NCBI GenBank assembly: GCA_002269645.1 | Contig: NIVC01000029.1 | Span: 1,178,001-1,242,000 of the forward strand | Reading direction: 5' to 3' | From: Macrostomum lignano | Taxonomy: Eukaryota | DNA length: 64,000 nt | Shown here: piece after piece, positions 34,290 through 53,930 of the stretch | Position numbering within the stretch: position 1 is the first letter of the stretch | Layout: each line of letters opens with the position of its first letter | Made by a program: the position numbers and the translations under genes | The notes under the pieces: generated by a model | The model's database searches: none | What the model was told of the DNA's origin: nothing | The model's input: only the letters and a program-made list of their open reading frames with translations

Positions 34290-36596
34290 CTCAGAATGCG
34301 ATTCTAATTGGGGGGGGGGGGGTCAGAATGCGATTCTAATTGGGGGGGGTCAGAATGCGATTCTAATTGGGGGGGTTAGAATGCGATTCTAATTGGGGGG
34401 GGGGGGTCAGAATGCGATTCTAATTGGGGGGGGGGTCAGAATGCGATTCTAATTGGGGGGGTCAGAATGCGATTCTAATTGGGGGGGGTCAGAATGCGAT
34501 TCTAATTGGGGGGGGTTAGAATGCGATTCTAATTGGGGGGGGGTCAGAATGCGATTCTAATTGGGGGGGTCAGAATGCGATTCTAATTGGGGGGGGTCAG
34601 AATGCGATTCTAATTGGGGGGGGTCAGAATGCGATTCTAATTGGGGGGGGTCAGAATGCGATTCTAATTGGGGGGGGGTCAGAATGCGATTCTAATTGGG
34701 GGGGGGGGTCAGAATGCGATTCTAATTGGGGGGGGGTTAGAATGCGATTCTAATTGGGGGGGGGGTCAGAATGCGATTCTAATTGGGGGGGGGTCAGAAT
34801 GCGATTCTAATTGGGGGGGGGGGGTTAGAATGCGATTCTAATTGGGGGGGGGTTAGAATGCGATTCTAATTGGGGGGGTCAGAATGCGATTCTAATTGGG
34901 GGGGGGGTCAGAATGCGATTCTAATTGGGGGGGTCAGAATGCGATTCTAATTGGGGGGGGGGTCAGAATGCGATTCTAATTGGGGGGGTCAGAATGCGAT
35001 TCTAATTGGGGGGGGTTAGAATGCGATTCTAATTGGGGGGGGGTCAGAATGCGATTCTAATTGGGGGGGGGTCAGAATGCGATTCTAATTGGGGGGGGGG
35101 TTAGAATGCGATTCTAATTGGGGGGGGGTTAGAATGCGATTCTAATTGGGGGGGGGGTCAGAATGCGATTCTAATTGGGGGGGGTCAGAATGCGATTCTA
35201 ATTGGGGGGGGTCAGAATGCGATTCTAATTGGGGGGGGTTAGAATGCGATTCTAATTGGGGGGGGGTCAGAATGCGATTCTAATTGGGGGGGGGTCAGAA
35301 TGCGATTCTAATTGGGGGGGGGGTTAGAATGCGATTCTAATTGAGGGGGTCAAAATGCGATTCTAATTGGGGGGGGGTCAGAATGCGATTCTAATTGGGG
35401 GGGGGTCAGAATGCGATTCTAATTGGGGGGGGGTCAGAATGCGATTCTAATTGGGGGGGGGTCAGAATGCGATTCTAATTGGGGGGGGGTCAGAATGCGA
35501 TTCTAATTGGGGGGGGGGGTTAGAATGCGATTCTAATTGGGGGGGGTCAGAATGCGATTCTAATTGGGGGGGGTCAGAATGCGATTCTAATTGGGGGGGG
35601 GGGGTTAGAATGCGATTCTAATGGGGGGGGGGTTAGAATGCGATTCTAATTGGGGGGGGTCAGAATGCGATTCTAATTAGGGGGGGTCAGAATGCGATTC
35701 TAATTGGGGGGGGGGTCAGAATGCGATTCTAATTGGGGGGGGGGTTAGAATGCGATTCTAATTGGGGGGGGGGTCAGAATGCGATTCTAATTGGGGGGGT
35801 CAGAATGCGATTCTAATTGGGGGGGGGGGTTAGAATGCGATTCTAATTGAGGGGGTCAAAATGCGATTCTAATTGGGGGGGGGGTCAGAATGCGATTCTA
35901 ATTGGGGGGGGGGTCAGAATGCGATTCTAATTGGGGGGGGGTCAGAATGCGATTCTAATTGGGGGGGGGGTTAGAATGCGATTCTAATTGGGGGGGGGTC
36001 AGAATGCGATTCTAATTGGGGGGGGGGGGTCAGAATGCGATTCTAATTGGGGGGGGGGTTAGAATGCGATTCTAATTGGGGGGGGGTTAGAATGCGATTC
36101 TAATTGGGGGGGGGTCAGAATGCGATTCTAATTGGGGGGGGGGTCAGAATGCGATTCTAATTGGGGGGGTTAGAATGCGATTCTAATTGAGGGGGTCAAA
36201 ATGCGATTCTAATTGAGGGGGTCAAAATGCGATTCTAATTGGGGGGGGCGTCAGATTAATGCGATTCTAATTAGGGGGGGGTCAGAATGCGATTCTAATT
36301 AGGGGGGGGGGTCAGAATGCGATTCTAATTGAGGGGGGGTCAGAATGCGATTCTAATTGAGAGGGGGGTCAGAATGCGATTCTAATTGAGGGGGGGTCAG
36401 AATGCGATTCTAATTGAGGGGGGGTCAGAATGCGATTCTAATTGAGAGGGGGGGGTCAGAATGCGATTCTAATTAGGGGGGGGTCAGAATGCGATTCTAA
36501 TTGAGGGGGGGTCAGAATGCGATTCTAATTGAGGAGGGGTCAGAATGCGATTCTAATTGAGGGGGGGTCCGAACCCGAATGCGATTCTAATTGAGA
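34290..36596 (+). repeat. About 27-29-bp minisatellite CAGAATGCGATTCTAATT(G)7-12T between the DUF4807 gene and TP53BP1
   Basis: Roughly 80 copies with an invariant 18-bp core and a variable poly-G run. Confidence 0.97.
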
Positions 36597-36655
36597 TCGA
36601 AATTAAAATTCGTTTTCTTGGAAGTTGCTTTTTTAAAAGAAACAATGATCAGTCA

Positions 36656-38521
36656 TCAGACTTTGATGATAGCACCAACAATAGCAGACGTGTCATAAGA
36701 TCGATACAGTAACCTCTCCGATTGAGACGACTGTCCATTTTCCTTAGTCGCTATTGTTTCTGCTCCTAGTAGATATTTTCTAGACCGATCGAGTCGCCGC
36801 TTGATCTGAGCAGCTTGCAGCTTTCGCCAGACGCCCAGACACATGAGTCGAATCCTGGGATCCCCGGACACGTCCGGTCGCCTTACAGAAGCAACGTAAG
36901 CCGATCGAAGCAGCCTAGCAGCCCTGCTGATGAAGCCGCGCTGCAGCAGACTCTGAGCGTACCAGATACAGCAGCGGCACTGCAACTCGGCATCGTCCAA
37001 CTCCATAGCAACACGAAACTGTCGACAAGCAATTTCGCCAGCAATCGATGCAGCATCAGCAAACGAATCGCCCAGGTTGGAGAATCCGCCGCCCAGAGTT
37101 GATAGCCAAGCTAAAAGTGCATCCAAAGCAATTGCCCGACAAAGCAGGCTGAGCAGCCGGTCGAACCAAGCTAAATTAAGCGATCGATATGGTAGTAGCC
37201 AAGCCTGCCTAGCTAGCAGAATTGTAGCTTTTGACTTGCTCGATAGAAGATTATTTAATAACTGACATCCGTAAGGCGAGTTGGAGATGGATGTCAAAGC
37301 TACTGGTAGACTAGTTGGCACTAGGAGAACATTGATTTGTTTCTTCGCTTGTACCTGCCTAAGCTGCACACATTGCTCACAATGGCGCTTAATGCTGAGT
37401 TTCACTACTTGTAGTAGCGGCCGCGGTACATGACGATCTGACAAGCTGACAAGGTGACGGCACAGAGCTGCGCGATGGGAGAGGAAAAAGGACTTGTAAT
37501 AGACTGACTTTTATAGAAGATTATTCTTATAGACTTTTAAGTAGCTGAGATGCCAATTGGCTCACAATGGGGAGTTGCTGAGATGCCAATTGGCTCAATG
37601 GGGAGTTGCTGAGATGCCAATTGGCTCACAATGGGGAGTTGCTGAGATGCCAATTGGCTCACAATGGGGAGTTGCTGAGATGCCAATTGGCTCAATGGGG
37701 AGTTGCTGAGATGCCAATTGGCTCACAATGGGGAGTTGCTGAGATGCCAATTGGCTCACAATGGGGAGTTGCTGAGATGCCAATTGGCTCACAATGGGGA
37801 GTTGCTGAGATGCCAATTGGCTCAATGGGGAGTTGCTGAGACGCCAATTGGCTCACAATGGGGAGTTGCTGAGATGCCAATTGGCTCAATGGGGAGTTGC
37901 TGAGATTCCAATTGGCTCACAATGGGGAGTTGCTGAGATGCCAATTGGCTCAGTGGGGAGTTGCTGAGATGCCAATTGGCTCAATGCGGAGTTGCTGAGA
38001 TGCCAATTGGCTCAATGGGGAGTTGCTGAGATGCCAATTGGCTCAATGGGGAGTTGCTGAGATTCCAATTGGCTCACAATGGGGAGTTGCTGAGATGCCA
38101 ATTGGCTCAGTGGGGAGTTGCTGAGATGCCAATTGGCTCAATGCGGAGTTGCTGAGATGCCAATTGGCTCACAATGGGGAGTTGCTGAGATGCCAATTGG
38201 CTCAATGGGGAGTTGCTGAGATGCCAATTGGCTCAATGGGGAGTTGCTGAGATGCTAACTGGCTCAAATGGAGAGCTGATGTCCTATTCTGGAGAGCTAA
38301 ATAACAATGTCAATGCTACTCTGCCGTATTTGAATCTACGAGCCGTATAAAAAATTTGGCCGTAACTTACCATTGCAGCCGAATAGCCTTGATGCAATGC
38401 AGACATTGCCTAAATGTTCTTCTTCTTTAAGGTTAATTAACGATGATTGCAGAGCACCATCGGCAGAGCTCACTGACGATGGCAGATCGAACGGTCCTCG
38501 TTGGATTATCAAGATAGCCAT
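36656..38521 (-). CDS. DUF4807-family protein (C. elegans F58A4.6-like); 2 exons (38521-38371, 37467-36656)
   Basis: WLSTLGGGFSNLGD..AGEIACRQFRVA..QCRCCIWYAQSLLQRG..MCLGVWRKL matches the DUF4807 pattern as recalled. Phase-1 intron with GTAAGT donor and TCCCATCGCGCAG acceptor. Confidence 0.75.
37545..38270 (+). repeat. 31/33-bp minisatellite (GCTGAGATGCCAATTGGCTCACAATGGGGAGTT) in the DUF4807 gene intron
   Basis: About 22 copies in two length variants. Confidence 0.95.
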
Positions 38522-38644
38522 GAATATTGCGGATGTGGCACAGGTAGACTCTGGTCAGTTTTCATTTTTTAATAAAACACTTTTCATACTTGATCTTCTA
38601 TGATTAGAACTTTCAGAAGGTTTAAAATTTTGAAGTTGGGACTA

Positions 38645-39938
38645 GTGATTGGGATTCTTAGGTTAGGGATTAGGATTCTTAGGTTAGGGATTGGGATTCT
38701 TAGGTTAGAGATGGGATTCTTAGGTTAGGGATTGGGATTCTTAGGTTAGGGACTGGGATTCTTAGGTTAGGGATTGGGATTCTTAGGTTAGAGATGGGAT
38801 TCTTAGGTTAGGGATTGGGATTCTTAGGTTAGGGACTGGGATTCTTAGGTTAGGGACTGGGATTCTTAGGTTAGTGATTGGGATTCTTAGGTTAGGGACT
38901 GGGATTCTTAGGTTAGGGATTGGGATTCTTAGGTTAGGGATTGGGATTCTTAGGTTAGAGATGGGATTCTTAGGTTAGGGATTGGGATTCTTAGGTTAGG
39001 GACTGGGATTCCTAGGTTAGGGATTGTACTCTTAGGTTAGGGATTGGGATTCTTAGGTTAGGGACTGGGATTCTTAGGTTAGGGATTGGGATTCTTAGGT
39101 TAGAGATGGGATTCTTAGGTTAGGGATTGGGATTCTTAGGTTAGGGACTGGGATTCTTAGGTTAGGGACTGGGATTCTTAGGTTAGTGATTGGGATTCTT
39201 AGGTTAGGGACTGGGATTCTTAGGTTAGGGATTGGGATTCTTAGGTTAGGGATTGGGATTCTTAGGTTAGAGATGGGATTCTTAGGTTAGGGATTGGGAT
39301 TCTTAGGTTAGGGACTGGGATTCCTAGGTTAGGGACTGGGATTCCTAGGTTAGGGACTGGGATTCCTAGGTTAGGGATTGGGATTCTTAGGTTAGGGATT
39401 GGGATTCTTAGGTTAGAGATGGGATTCTTAGGTTAGGGACTGGGATTCTTAGGTTAGTGATTGGGATTCTTAGGTTAGTGATTAGGACTCTTAGGTTAGG
39501 GACTGGGATTCTTAGGTTAGGGACTGGGATTCCTAGGTTAGGGACTGGGATTCCTAGGTTAGGGACTGGGATTCCTAGGTTAGGGATTGGATTCTTAGGT
39601 TAGGGATTGGGATTCTTAGGTTAGAGATGGGATTCTTAGGTTAGGGACTGGGATTCTTAGGTTAGTGATTGGGATTCTTAGGTTAGTGATTGGGACTCTT
39701 AGGTTAGGGACTGGGATTCTTAGGTTAGGGACTGGGATTCCTAGGTTAGGGACTGGGATTCCTAGGTTAGGGACTGGGATTCCTAGGTTAGGGATTGGAT
39801 TCTTAGGTTAGGGATTGGGATTCTTAGGTTAGAGATGGGATTCTTAGGTTAGGGACTGGGATTCTTAGGTTAGGGACTGGGATTCCTAGGTTAGGGACTG
39901 GGATTCCTAGGTTAGGGACTGGGACTCTTAGGTTAGGG
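38645..39938 (+). repeat. 21-bp telomere-motif-containing minisatellite (TTAGGTTAGGGATTGGGATTC)
   Basis: About 60 copies; most units contain TTAGG directly followed by TTAGGG. Confidence 0.95.
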
Positions 39939-40559
39939 TCAGGCGGCAATGTACGATTGTACAAAACCTGATAATGTCACATAAAGTACAGGAAGGAACA
40001 CAAACTCAAACAAATACTTTTTCACGTAAAATATTTGCATGCTGAATAAAACAAAGTTAGCAGCGTTTTGCTTATTTTTTTCTAATTTCATTAAATTCTA
40101 ATTACCGTCCAAATTTCTTGCGTCATTTTATTCACGGGATAGTGGGAAACATTTGTTTTGATAAGGAGTTTAAAACGGCATAAAGACATCTAGACAACAA
40201 GAATTCAAATAGTTTGGCTATAATGGGCGCAATTCACATGATATTTAAGGCAAAGTTCAAAAAATCTCAAAGGATATAATGGCCAGACTAATAATCGCCA
40301 AATATCATTAGAATGTTAACAGTTTTCAGATTAAAAGTAGTCATCAGGCAACCAGCATTAAATATGAGTTAGTTTTCACAATTTTTTTTCAATGAAAACA
40401 AGATAGATACGATACTCGTAATGCAACGGCGTTAAAATCAATAACAGATTACCTAAACGTATTATTGTACTTTTAACATGATAAATAATAATTGGTCGAT
40501 GGAGGATTTGTAGCAACTGATACTGTGCAATCCACTGTCTTATTATCAGATGTACTAGC

Positions 40560-41025
40560 TAATCCCATCTGATTCCCACCTGATTAATCCCACCTGATCA
40601 ATCCCACCTGATTAATCCCACCTGACCAATCCCACCTGATCAATCCCACCTGATTAATCCCACCTGATTAATCCCACATGACCAATCCCACCTGATTAAT
40701 CCGACCTTATCAATCCCACCTGATTAATCCCACCTGACCAATCCCACCTGATTAATCCCACCTGATCAATCCCACCTGATTAATCCCACCTGATTAATCC
40801 CACCTGATTAATCCCACCTGATTAATCCCACCTGATCAATCCCACCTGATTAATCCCACCTGACCAATCCCACCTGACCAATCCCAACTGACCAATCCCA
40901 CCTGATCAATCCCACCTGACCAATCTCACCTGACCAATCCCACCTGACCAATCCTATCTGATTCTTACCTGACCAATCCCATCTATTGAATCAATCCCAC
41001 CTATCTAATCGACCCCACCTGATCA
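40560..41025 (+). repeat. 14-bp minisatellite (AATCCCACCTGATT) just downstream of the TIR-RHIM gene
   Basis: About 30 copies. Confidence 0.93.
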
Positions 41026-41146
41026 TAAAAAGTGAACACAGAGTCAATGCAGACTTGTTGCCACTAACATCAATAACAAAATCATAAGCAAGCTGAATAA
41101 AGGAAACCTGACATTGCTATGCTACACAGAGAAAAGTCAAACTTAT

Positions 41147-44100
41147 TCAAGCCTGTCGATAGTTTCCGCCGGTTCCGACTCCGCCGCCGCCCTGAGCTCC
41201 TTCAGCATCTTCGCCGCCTTGAGCATGCTGATGCGCCTCGGTAGCGCCCGCTACAAACTGCTGCACATAGGTGACGTGTACGTGAACAGTTTGACCTCGA
41301 ACTGACAGCTGATTAGCGCTGCCAACTTGAACATTTTCCGGATTATTAACCACCTGTTGGGCGGCGGCGGCAGCGGCAGCTTGCGGTTGCAGGAGAGGTT
41401 GCTGGCGCGGCTGCTGGATGGACTGCTGAGGCGTCTGCTGCATATCTACTTGAGAATTGCCCCTACTAACAGTAGCCATAGTAGCGTGACCAGAATCCAA
41501 CAGAGTCTGCTGGCTGCTAACTTCTTGCGGCTGCAGATCGGTCCGCTGCTCAGTTGACGGTAGCGGCTCGCCGTGGTGTTGCAGCACAGCGTCCAATGGG
41601 GCTCGCAAGCGTTTCACATCCTCTTCGGATAGGCGCATCCGTTCGGCGAAGAAGCTGGCCAGCTGGTCGATGAGGCGGGCGCCTTCGCGGTTGTTGGCCC
41701 GGGCGATTTCATCTCGAACCTGTTCGATCTGGGCGGTCTCCCGACTGCGGCGCTGGTTGAGGCGGGTGCGCAGTAGCTGGCGCACCCGGCCCAGCTGTTG
41801 GGAATAAGGGACATTGTTCACGATGCCTGCATAGCTGAGATGGCTGTATTCACGATGGGGACGGTTCTATTAACACTGAGACCAGTTCCTTCAAGATTGG
41901 AATCAATTTTTTAGGATCGGATCAGAATGGATCACTTTAGGATAGGGATGGATCACATCAGGATAGGGATGGATCACATCAGGATAGGGATGGATCACTT
42001 CAGGATAGGGATGGATCACATCAGGATAGGGATGGATCACATCAGGATAGGGATGGATCACATCAGGATAGGGATGGATCACATCAGGATAGGGATGGAT
42101 CACATCAGGATAGGGATGGATCACATCAGGATAGGGATGGATCACATCAGGATAGGGATGGATCACATCAGGATAGGGATGGATCACATCAGGATAGGGA
42201 TGGATCACATCAGGATAGGGATGGATCACATCAGGATAGAGATGGATCACTTCAGGATAGGGATGGATCACTTCAGGATCTATTACTTCATGATTGGTAT
42301 CAAGTGCTTCAGAATCGGGTTGAATTACTTCAGAATCGTGATCAATGACTTCAGAATCGGGATCCATTACTTCAGAATCCGGATCCATTACTTCAGAATC
42401 CGGATCAATTACTTTAGAATCGGGATCAATTACTTCAGGATCGGGATCAATTACTTCAGGATCGGGATCCGTTACTTCAGAATCGGGATCAGTTACTTCA
42501 GAATCGGGATCAGTTACTTCAGAATCGGGATCAATTACTTCAGAATCGGGATCAATTACTTAAGGATCGGGATCAGTTACTTCAGAATCGGGATCAGTTA
42601 CTTCAGAATCGGGATCAATTACTTCAGAATCGGGATCCATTACTTCAGGATCGGGATCAGTTACTTCAGAATCGGGATCAATTACTTTAGAATCGGGATC
42701 AATTACTTAAGGATCGGGATCAGTTACTTCAGAATCGGGATCAGTTACTTCAGAATCGGGATCAATTACTTCAGAATCGGGATCCATTACTTCAGGATCG
42801 GGATCAGTTACTTCAGAATCGGGATCAATTACTTCAGAATCGGGATCAATTACTTAAGGATCGGGATCAGTTACTTCAGAATCGGGATCAGTTACTTCAG
42901 AATCGGGATCAATTACTTCAGAATCGGGATCAATTACTTAAGGATCGGGATCAGTTACTTCAGAATCGGGATCAGTTACTTCAGGATCGGGATCAATTAC
43001 TTCAGAGTCGGGATCAAATACTTCAGGATCGGGATCAGTTACTTCAGAATCGGGATCAATTACTTCAGAGTCGGGATCAAATACTTCAGGATCGGGATAA
43101 ATCAGTTTTAATGTTACATAGTGACGCAGCTCTTACCTCGCCAGACCGCAATCCCAGCTGACGAGTCATCGGATCCATTTCAAGGCGCATGCCTCTCAGG
43201 TTTCTAAACAGAGCAGCCTCGGGAATGGACATGTCCTCTATGCTGTGCACATCGACTCCGGGAGCGAACACGGGCACAATGCGATTGCGCCGATCAGCTG
43301 ATCCCGAGACGCTCTCATTGTACAGCTCTTCGATGTAGCGAAGTCGCTCGGAGTTCTGCAAGAATTCGTTTGTCACGTAAATGAATACAAACGTGCTGCG
43401 ACTGTTGGCGGAGTTGAGCCAGGAGAGATAGCTGGCCTGCGGATTAAGGAGGGAGGGAGGAGCACGACAAGTAGACAGATTTCGGCTGAGAATTTTAACA
43501 AAGGAAAATAAACATAATAGTCTACTCGTTAGAGAGTATTTACCGACCTTTTTCCTATGTAACACTTCTCACTCTATCTCTCGCAAATCCCCATCTCTCC
43601 CTAATCCCCATCTCTCCCTAATCCCCATTTCTCCCTAATCTCCATCTCTCTAATCGCCATCTCTCTAATCGCCATCTCCTCTCTCTAATCCCTATCGCTC
43701 TCTAAAATACCCACCTCTCCCTAATCCTCATTCTCTTTATAATCCTTAAGTCTTTCTAACTATATACGAGTATCTCCCTAATCCCCATCTCTCCCAAATC
43801 CCCATCTCTCCCTAATCCCCATCTCTCCTTAATCTCCATCTCCTCTCTCTAATCCCTATCACACTCTAATACCCACCTCTCCCTAATCCTCATTCTCTTT
43901 CTAATCCTTAAGTCTTTCTAACTATATATCTCCCTAATCCCCATCTCTCCCAAATCCCCATCTCTCCCAAATCCCCATCTCTCCCTAATCCCCATCTCTC
44001 CTTAATCTCCATCTCCTCTCTCTAATCCCTATCACTCTCTAATACCCACCTCTCCCTAATCCTCATTCTCTTTCTAATCCTTAAGTCTTTCTAACTATAG

Positions 44101-44460
44101 ATCTTCCTAATCCCCATCCCTAATGCTCACGGATTCGCCAGCCAGCGGCTCGTTAACCAGAACCCTAGGCGCAGTGTTATCATCGAAGCGGATTTCCTGC
44201 AGCAGACTGCGCAGCGATTCCATGTCTGCCAGATCGTTATACCGATCGCCGACAATAACGATATCGTATTGAGGAATTAGCAGTCGGCCAGGCAGACGAT
44301 CCAATGGAAAGCCGCCCTCCTCAGCAACGGCTTGCAGGCGGGCTCTGAATTGGTCGGGCTCTTGATCGCCTCGAGGTGGACGGTAGTGCTCGCGCAACAC
44401 AGGCCGGGTGCCATCGTCTGGCTGGGGCAGATCTTCTGGCGGATTGCCTTCGTTTGGCAT
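41147..44460 (-). CDS. TIR-domain protein with a C-terminal RHIM motif (TRIF/TICAM-like architecture); 3 exons (44460-44131, 43436-43137, 41794-41147), about 425 aa
   Basis: Flavodoxin-like TIR pattern: YDIVIV (bA), PRVLV..PLAGES (bB/BB loop), STFVFIYVTNEF (bC), RIVPVF (bD). This is followed by a helical segment, a Q-rich linker and VVNNPENVQVGSANQLSV (RHIM-like). Both introns are phase 0 (330+300+648 nt). The TIR call rests on pattern recognition only. Confidence 0.72.
41925..43098 (+). repeat. Two adjacent 21-bp minisatellites (GGATAGGGATGGATCACATCA, 41925-42280; CAGAATCGGGATCAGTTACTT, 42330-43098) in TIR gene intron 2
   Basis: Read directly; a graded transition zone at 42270-42400 links the two. 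Confidence 0.95.
43585..44125 (+). repeat. CCCTAATCCCCATCTCT-based degenerate repeat with larger internal duplications, in TIR gene intron 1
   Basis: 17-bp motif; the block ending ..CTAATCCTTAAGTCTTTCTAACTATA occurs three times. Confidence 0.85.
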
Positions 44461-44574
44461 GTTATTTTATCAGCGACTGGGCAGCAATTGTTAAATATGG
44501 GCGAACCAAATGACATTTATATCATTCCTAATTAATTGTTGCAGAGCTCATATTTGACGTTGGCAGCAACAGAA

Positions 44575-45195
44575 GGGTGAGGGCTAGAGGGTGGGAAGGG
44601 TAGGGACTGGAGGGTGAGGAGGGTAGGGACTGGAGGGTGTGGAGGGTAGGGACTGGAGAGTGGGGAGGATAGGGACTGGAGGGTGGGGAGGGTAGGGACT
44701 GGAAGGTGGAAAGGGTAGGGACTGGAGGGTGGGGAGGGTAGGGACTGGAGGGTGGAGAGTGTAGGCACTGGAGGGTGGGAGGATAGGGACTGGAGGATGG
44801 AGAGGGTAGGGATTGGAGGGTGGAGAGGGTAGGGACTGGAGGATGGAGAGGGTAGGGACTGGAGGGTGGAGAGTGTAGGGACTGGAGGGTGGGAGGATAG
44901 GGACTGGAAGGTGGAGAGGGTAGGGATTGGAGGGTGGAGAGGGTAGGGACTGGAGGGTGGAGAGGGTAGGGATTGGAGGGTGGAGAGGGTAGGGATTGGA
45001 GGGTGGAGAGTGTAGGGATTGGAGGGTGGAGAGTGTAGGGACTGGAGGGTGGGAGGATAGGGACTGGAGGGTGGAGAGTGTAGGGACTGGAGGGTGGGAG
45101 GAAAGGGACTGGAAGGTGGAGAGGGTAGGGACTGGAGGGTGGAGAGTTTAGGGACTGGAGGGTGGAGAGTGTAGGCACTGGATGGGGACTTGAGG
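44575..45195 (+). repeat. 23-bp G-rich minisatellite (GAGGGTGGAGAGGGTAGGGACTG) between CMTR1 and the TIR gene
   Basis: About 26 copies. Confidence 0.95.
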
Positions 45196-45629
45196 GCAGA
45201 AAAAGATCTGGAGGTTGTGATAATGCAGTATTTGATACACGCTGTAATGCAAAAAAGTAAGTCTCCAAGTACAAGTAGATTCTGAAAAGAGAAAAAAAGA
45301 CGCTTAGCTCATTGAGCAAAGCTGAATTCACACTAGGATTCACACGGTCATCAATGTAATGTCACACGAACAAATGAAAGTGTGCAGTGAAAGCACACAG
45401 ATACATGATAATTATTTGACAACAACAGGATGCGTTTTAAAAACTTTTGAAACAGGATCATGGCAAATTTATGGAATTATTCAGTTTGAATAATTTAGAG
45501 ACTTAACTATCAATGAGCGAAAGCAAGGAAACAAGTTGTAAGCAGTGATCATATAATACACAAATTAAATTTATGGGATGAATAAAGATTTCTAAGAAAG
45601 CCCTAGCTCTAAACTGTACTTTAAGGCTG

Positions 45630-45930
45630 ACTGGGACACAATGTACCTTGAGGCTGTTTCAGCATAAGATGATTGGGGCATAATGTACTTTTACTGCAAC
45701 CCATACCGTATAGGGTCCGAATTGGGACAAAATGGACTTTTATTGTAACCTATATAAGAGGCTTGCTGGGACAGAATGTACTTTTATTGTAACCTATATA
45801 GGAGGCTCGTTAGGACAGAATGTACTTTTATTGCAAACTATATAGGAGGCTCGTTGGGACAAAATGTACTTTTATTGCAACCGTTTACAGGACGCCGGTT
45901 GGTTGAATTGGGACTAAAATGTACTTTTAA
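45630..45930 (+). repeat. About 45-bp degenerate tandem repeat (GGGACAGAATGTACTTTTATTGTAACCTATATAGGAGGCTCGTT) downstream of CMTR1
   Basis: About 6 imperfect copies. Confidence 0.75.
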
Positions 45931-46121
45931 AGTGACGAGAATGCAAAAGAACTATTAACAATTCTGGGGTAAAAACCTAAGCTTTAATGAGAACAAATAT
46001 TTGTTACACGCACCAATAACCACAGTCAAGTTTTTTTTAACTACAAGTACTTATTAATTCTAATTTCTATTAGATAACTTGGCATAAAAAACTGACAAAA
46101 TGTAGAATCGTTGAAAGTAGC

Positions 46122-53733
<7,612 letters not shown>

Positions 53734-53894
53734 AGTAACAATGACTCTACTAGTATTTAACCTTTAGTTTCTATGATGCGCATGCAATAGAGAAGTAAGC
53801 TTAGTAGAACAAATAACTAACACATTAAACTAAATTTAGCTGACTCAATTTAGCTTAGCTAAATTTGAGGCAGTTGACACAAAAGTCGGAGAAA

Positions 53895-53897
<3 letters not shown>

Positions 53898-53929
<32 letters not shown>

Positions 53930-53930
53930 A
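53898..53930 (+). repeat. (GA)n microsatellite upstream of CMTR1
   Basis: Read directly. Confidence 0.9.

Noticed and set aside
38645-39938. True telomere or chromosome-fusion site
   Set aside because: There is no pure (TTAGGG)n tract or head-to-head arrangement; the hexamer is embedded in a 21-bp unit.
41903-43111. 394-aa and 161-aa repeat ORFs (YFRIGIN, HPYPDVI)
   Set aside because: They fall wholly in TIR gene intron 2 and result from stop-free 21-bp units.
44528-45343. 271-aa extensin-like Pro-rich ORF
   Set aside because: A 23-bp unit read through rotating frames; the period is not a multiple of 3, which argues against coding selection.
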